Shown here piece by piece: positions 63,901 to 64,000 of a stretch of 64,000 nt of DNA (its first letter is position 1; each line of letters begins with the position of its first letter). The position numbers and the translations under genes were made by a program. Under the pieces are notes generated by a model. The model searched no databases and was not told the DNA's origin. It was given only the letters and a program-made list of their open reading frames with translations. This DNA is from Raillietiella orientalis (Eukaryota). The stretch lies in the NCBI GenBank assembly GCA_036172245.1, contig JAYWIR010000027.1, positions 620,001-684,000 on the forward strand, written 5' to 3'.

Positions 63901-64000
63901 CGCGGGCTGTATATAGTACGTTATACATTATACTATGATCGTGTGAAGATTTTTTATACATTAATATATTTTGATTCAAATTTGATCACAATGTAATTTT

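Noticed and set aside
1..64000. CRISPR array, rRNA, prokaryotic operon or intact transposase/RT gene
   Set aside because: No regular repeat-spacer array, rRNA signature or uninterrupted TE ORF found; the genes are spliced eukaryotic genes.

Overview
Eukaryotic (metazoan, probably arthropod-like) genomic DNA. Three spliced protein-coding genes can be reconstructed on the + strand: acylglycerol kinase (4371-6134), a two-pore-domain K+ channel (6507-16470, first intron about 8 kb and repeat-filled) and a CDC50/TMEM30 flippase subunit (37961-39479, first exon unresolved). Most of the rest is GC- and CpG-rich, heavily frameshifted transposon debris: many L1/Tx1-type LINE relics (mostly minus strand, stacked head to tail), three DIRS-like relics, and a dispersed ~0.8 kb repeat with a tRNA-like head present four times. 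Almost all long ORFs in the track are artefacts of GC-rich sequence. The most notable observations are the splicing (36-60 nt introns, two GC donors, three AAG acceptors), the CpG contrast between housekeeping genes and repeats, and two interleaved near-identical repeat pairs (296 bp inverted, 409 bp direct) inside diverged LINE relics. I found no intact new multi-gene system. TE family calls rest on motifs read by eye and need profile searches.
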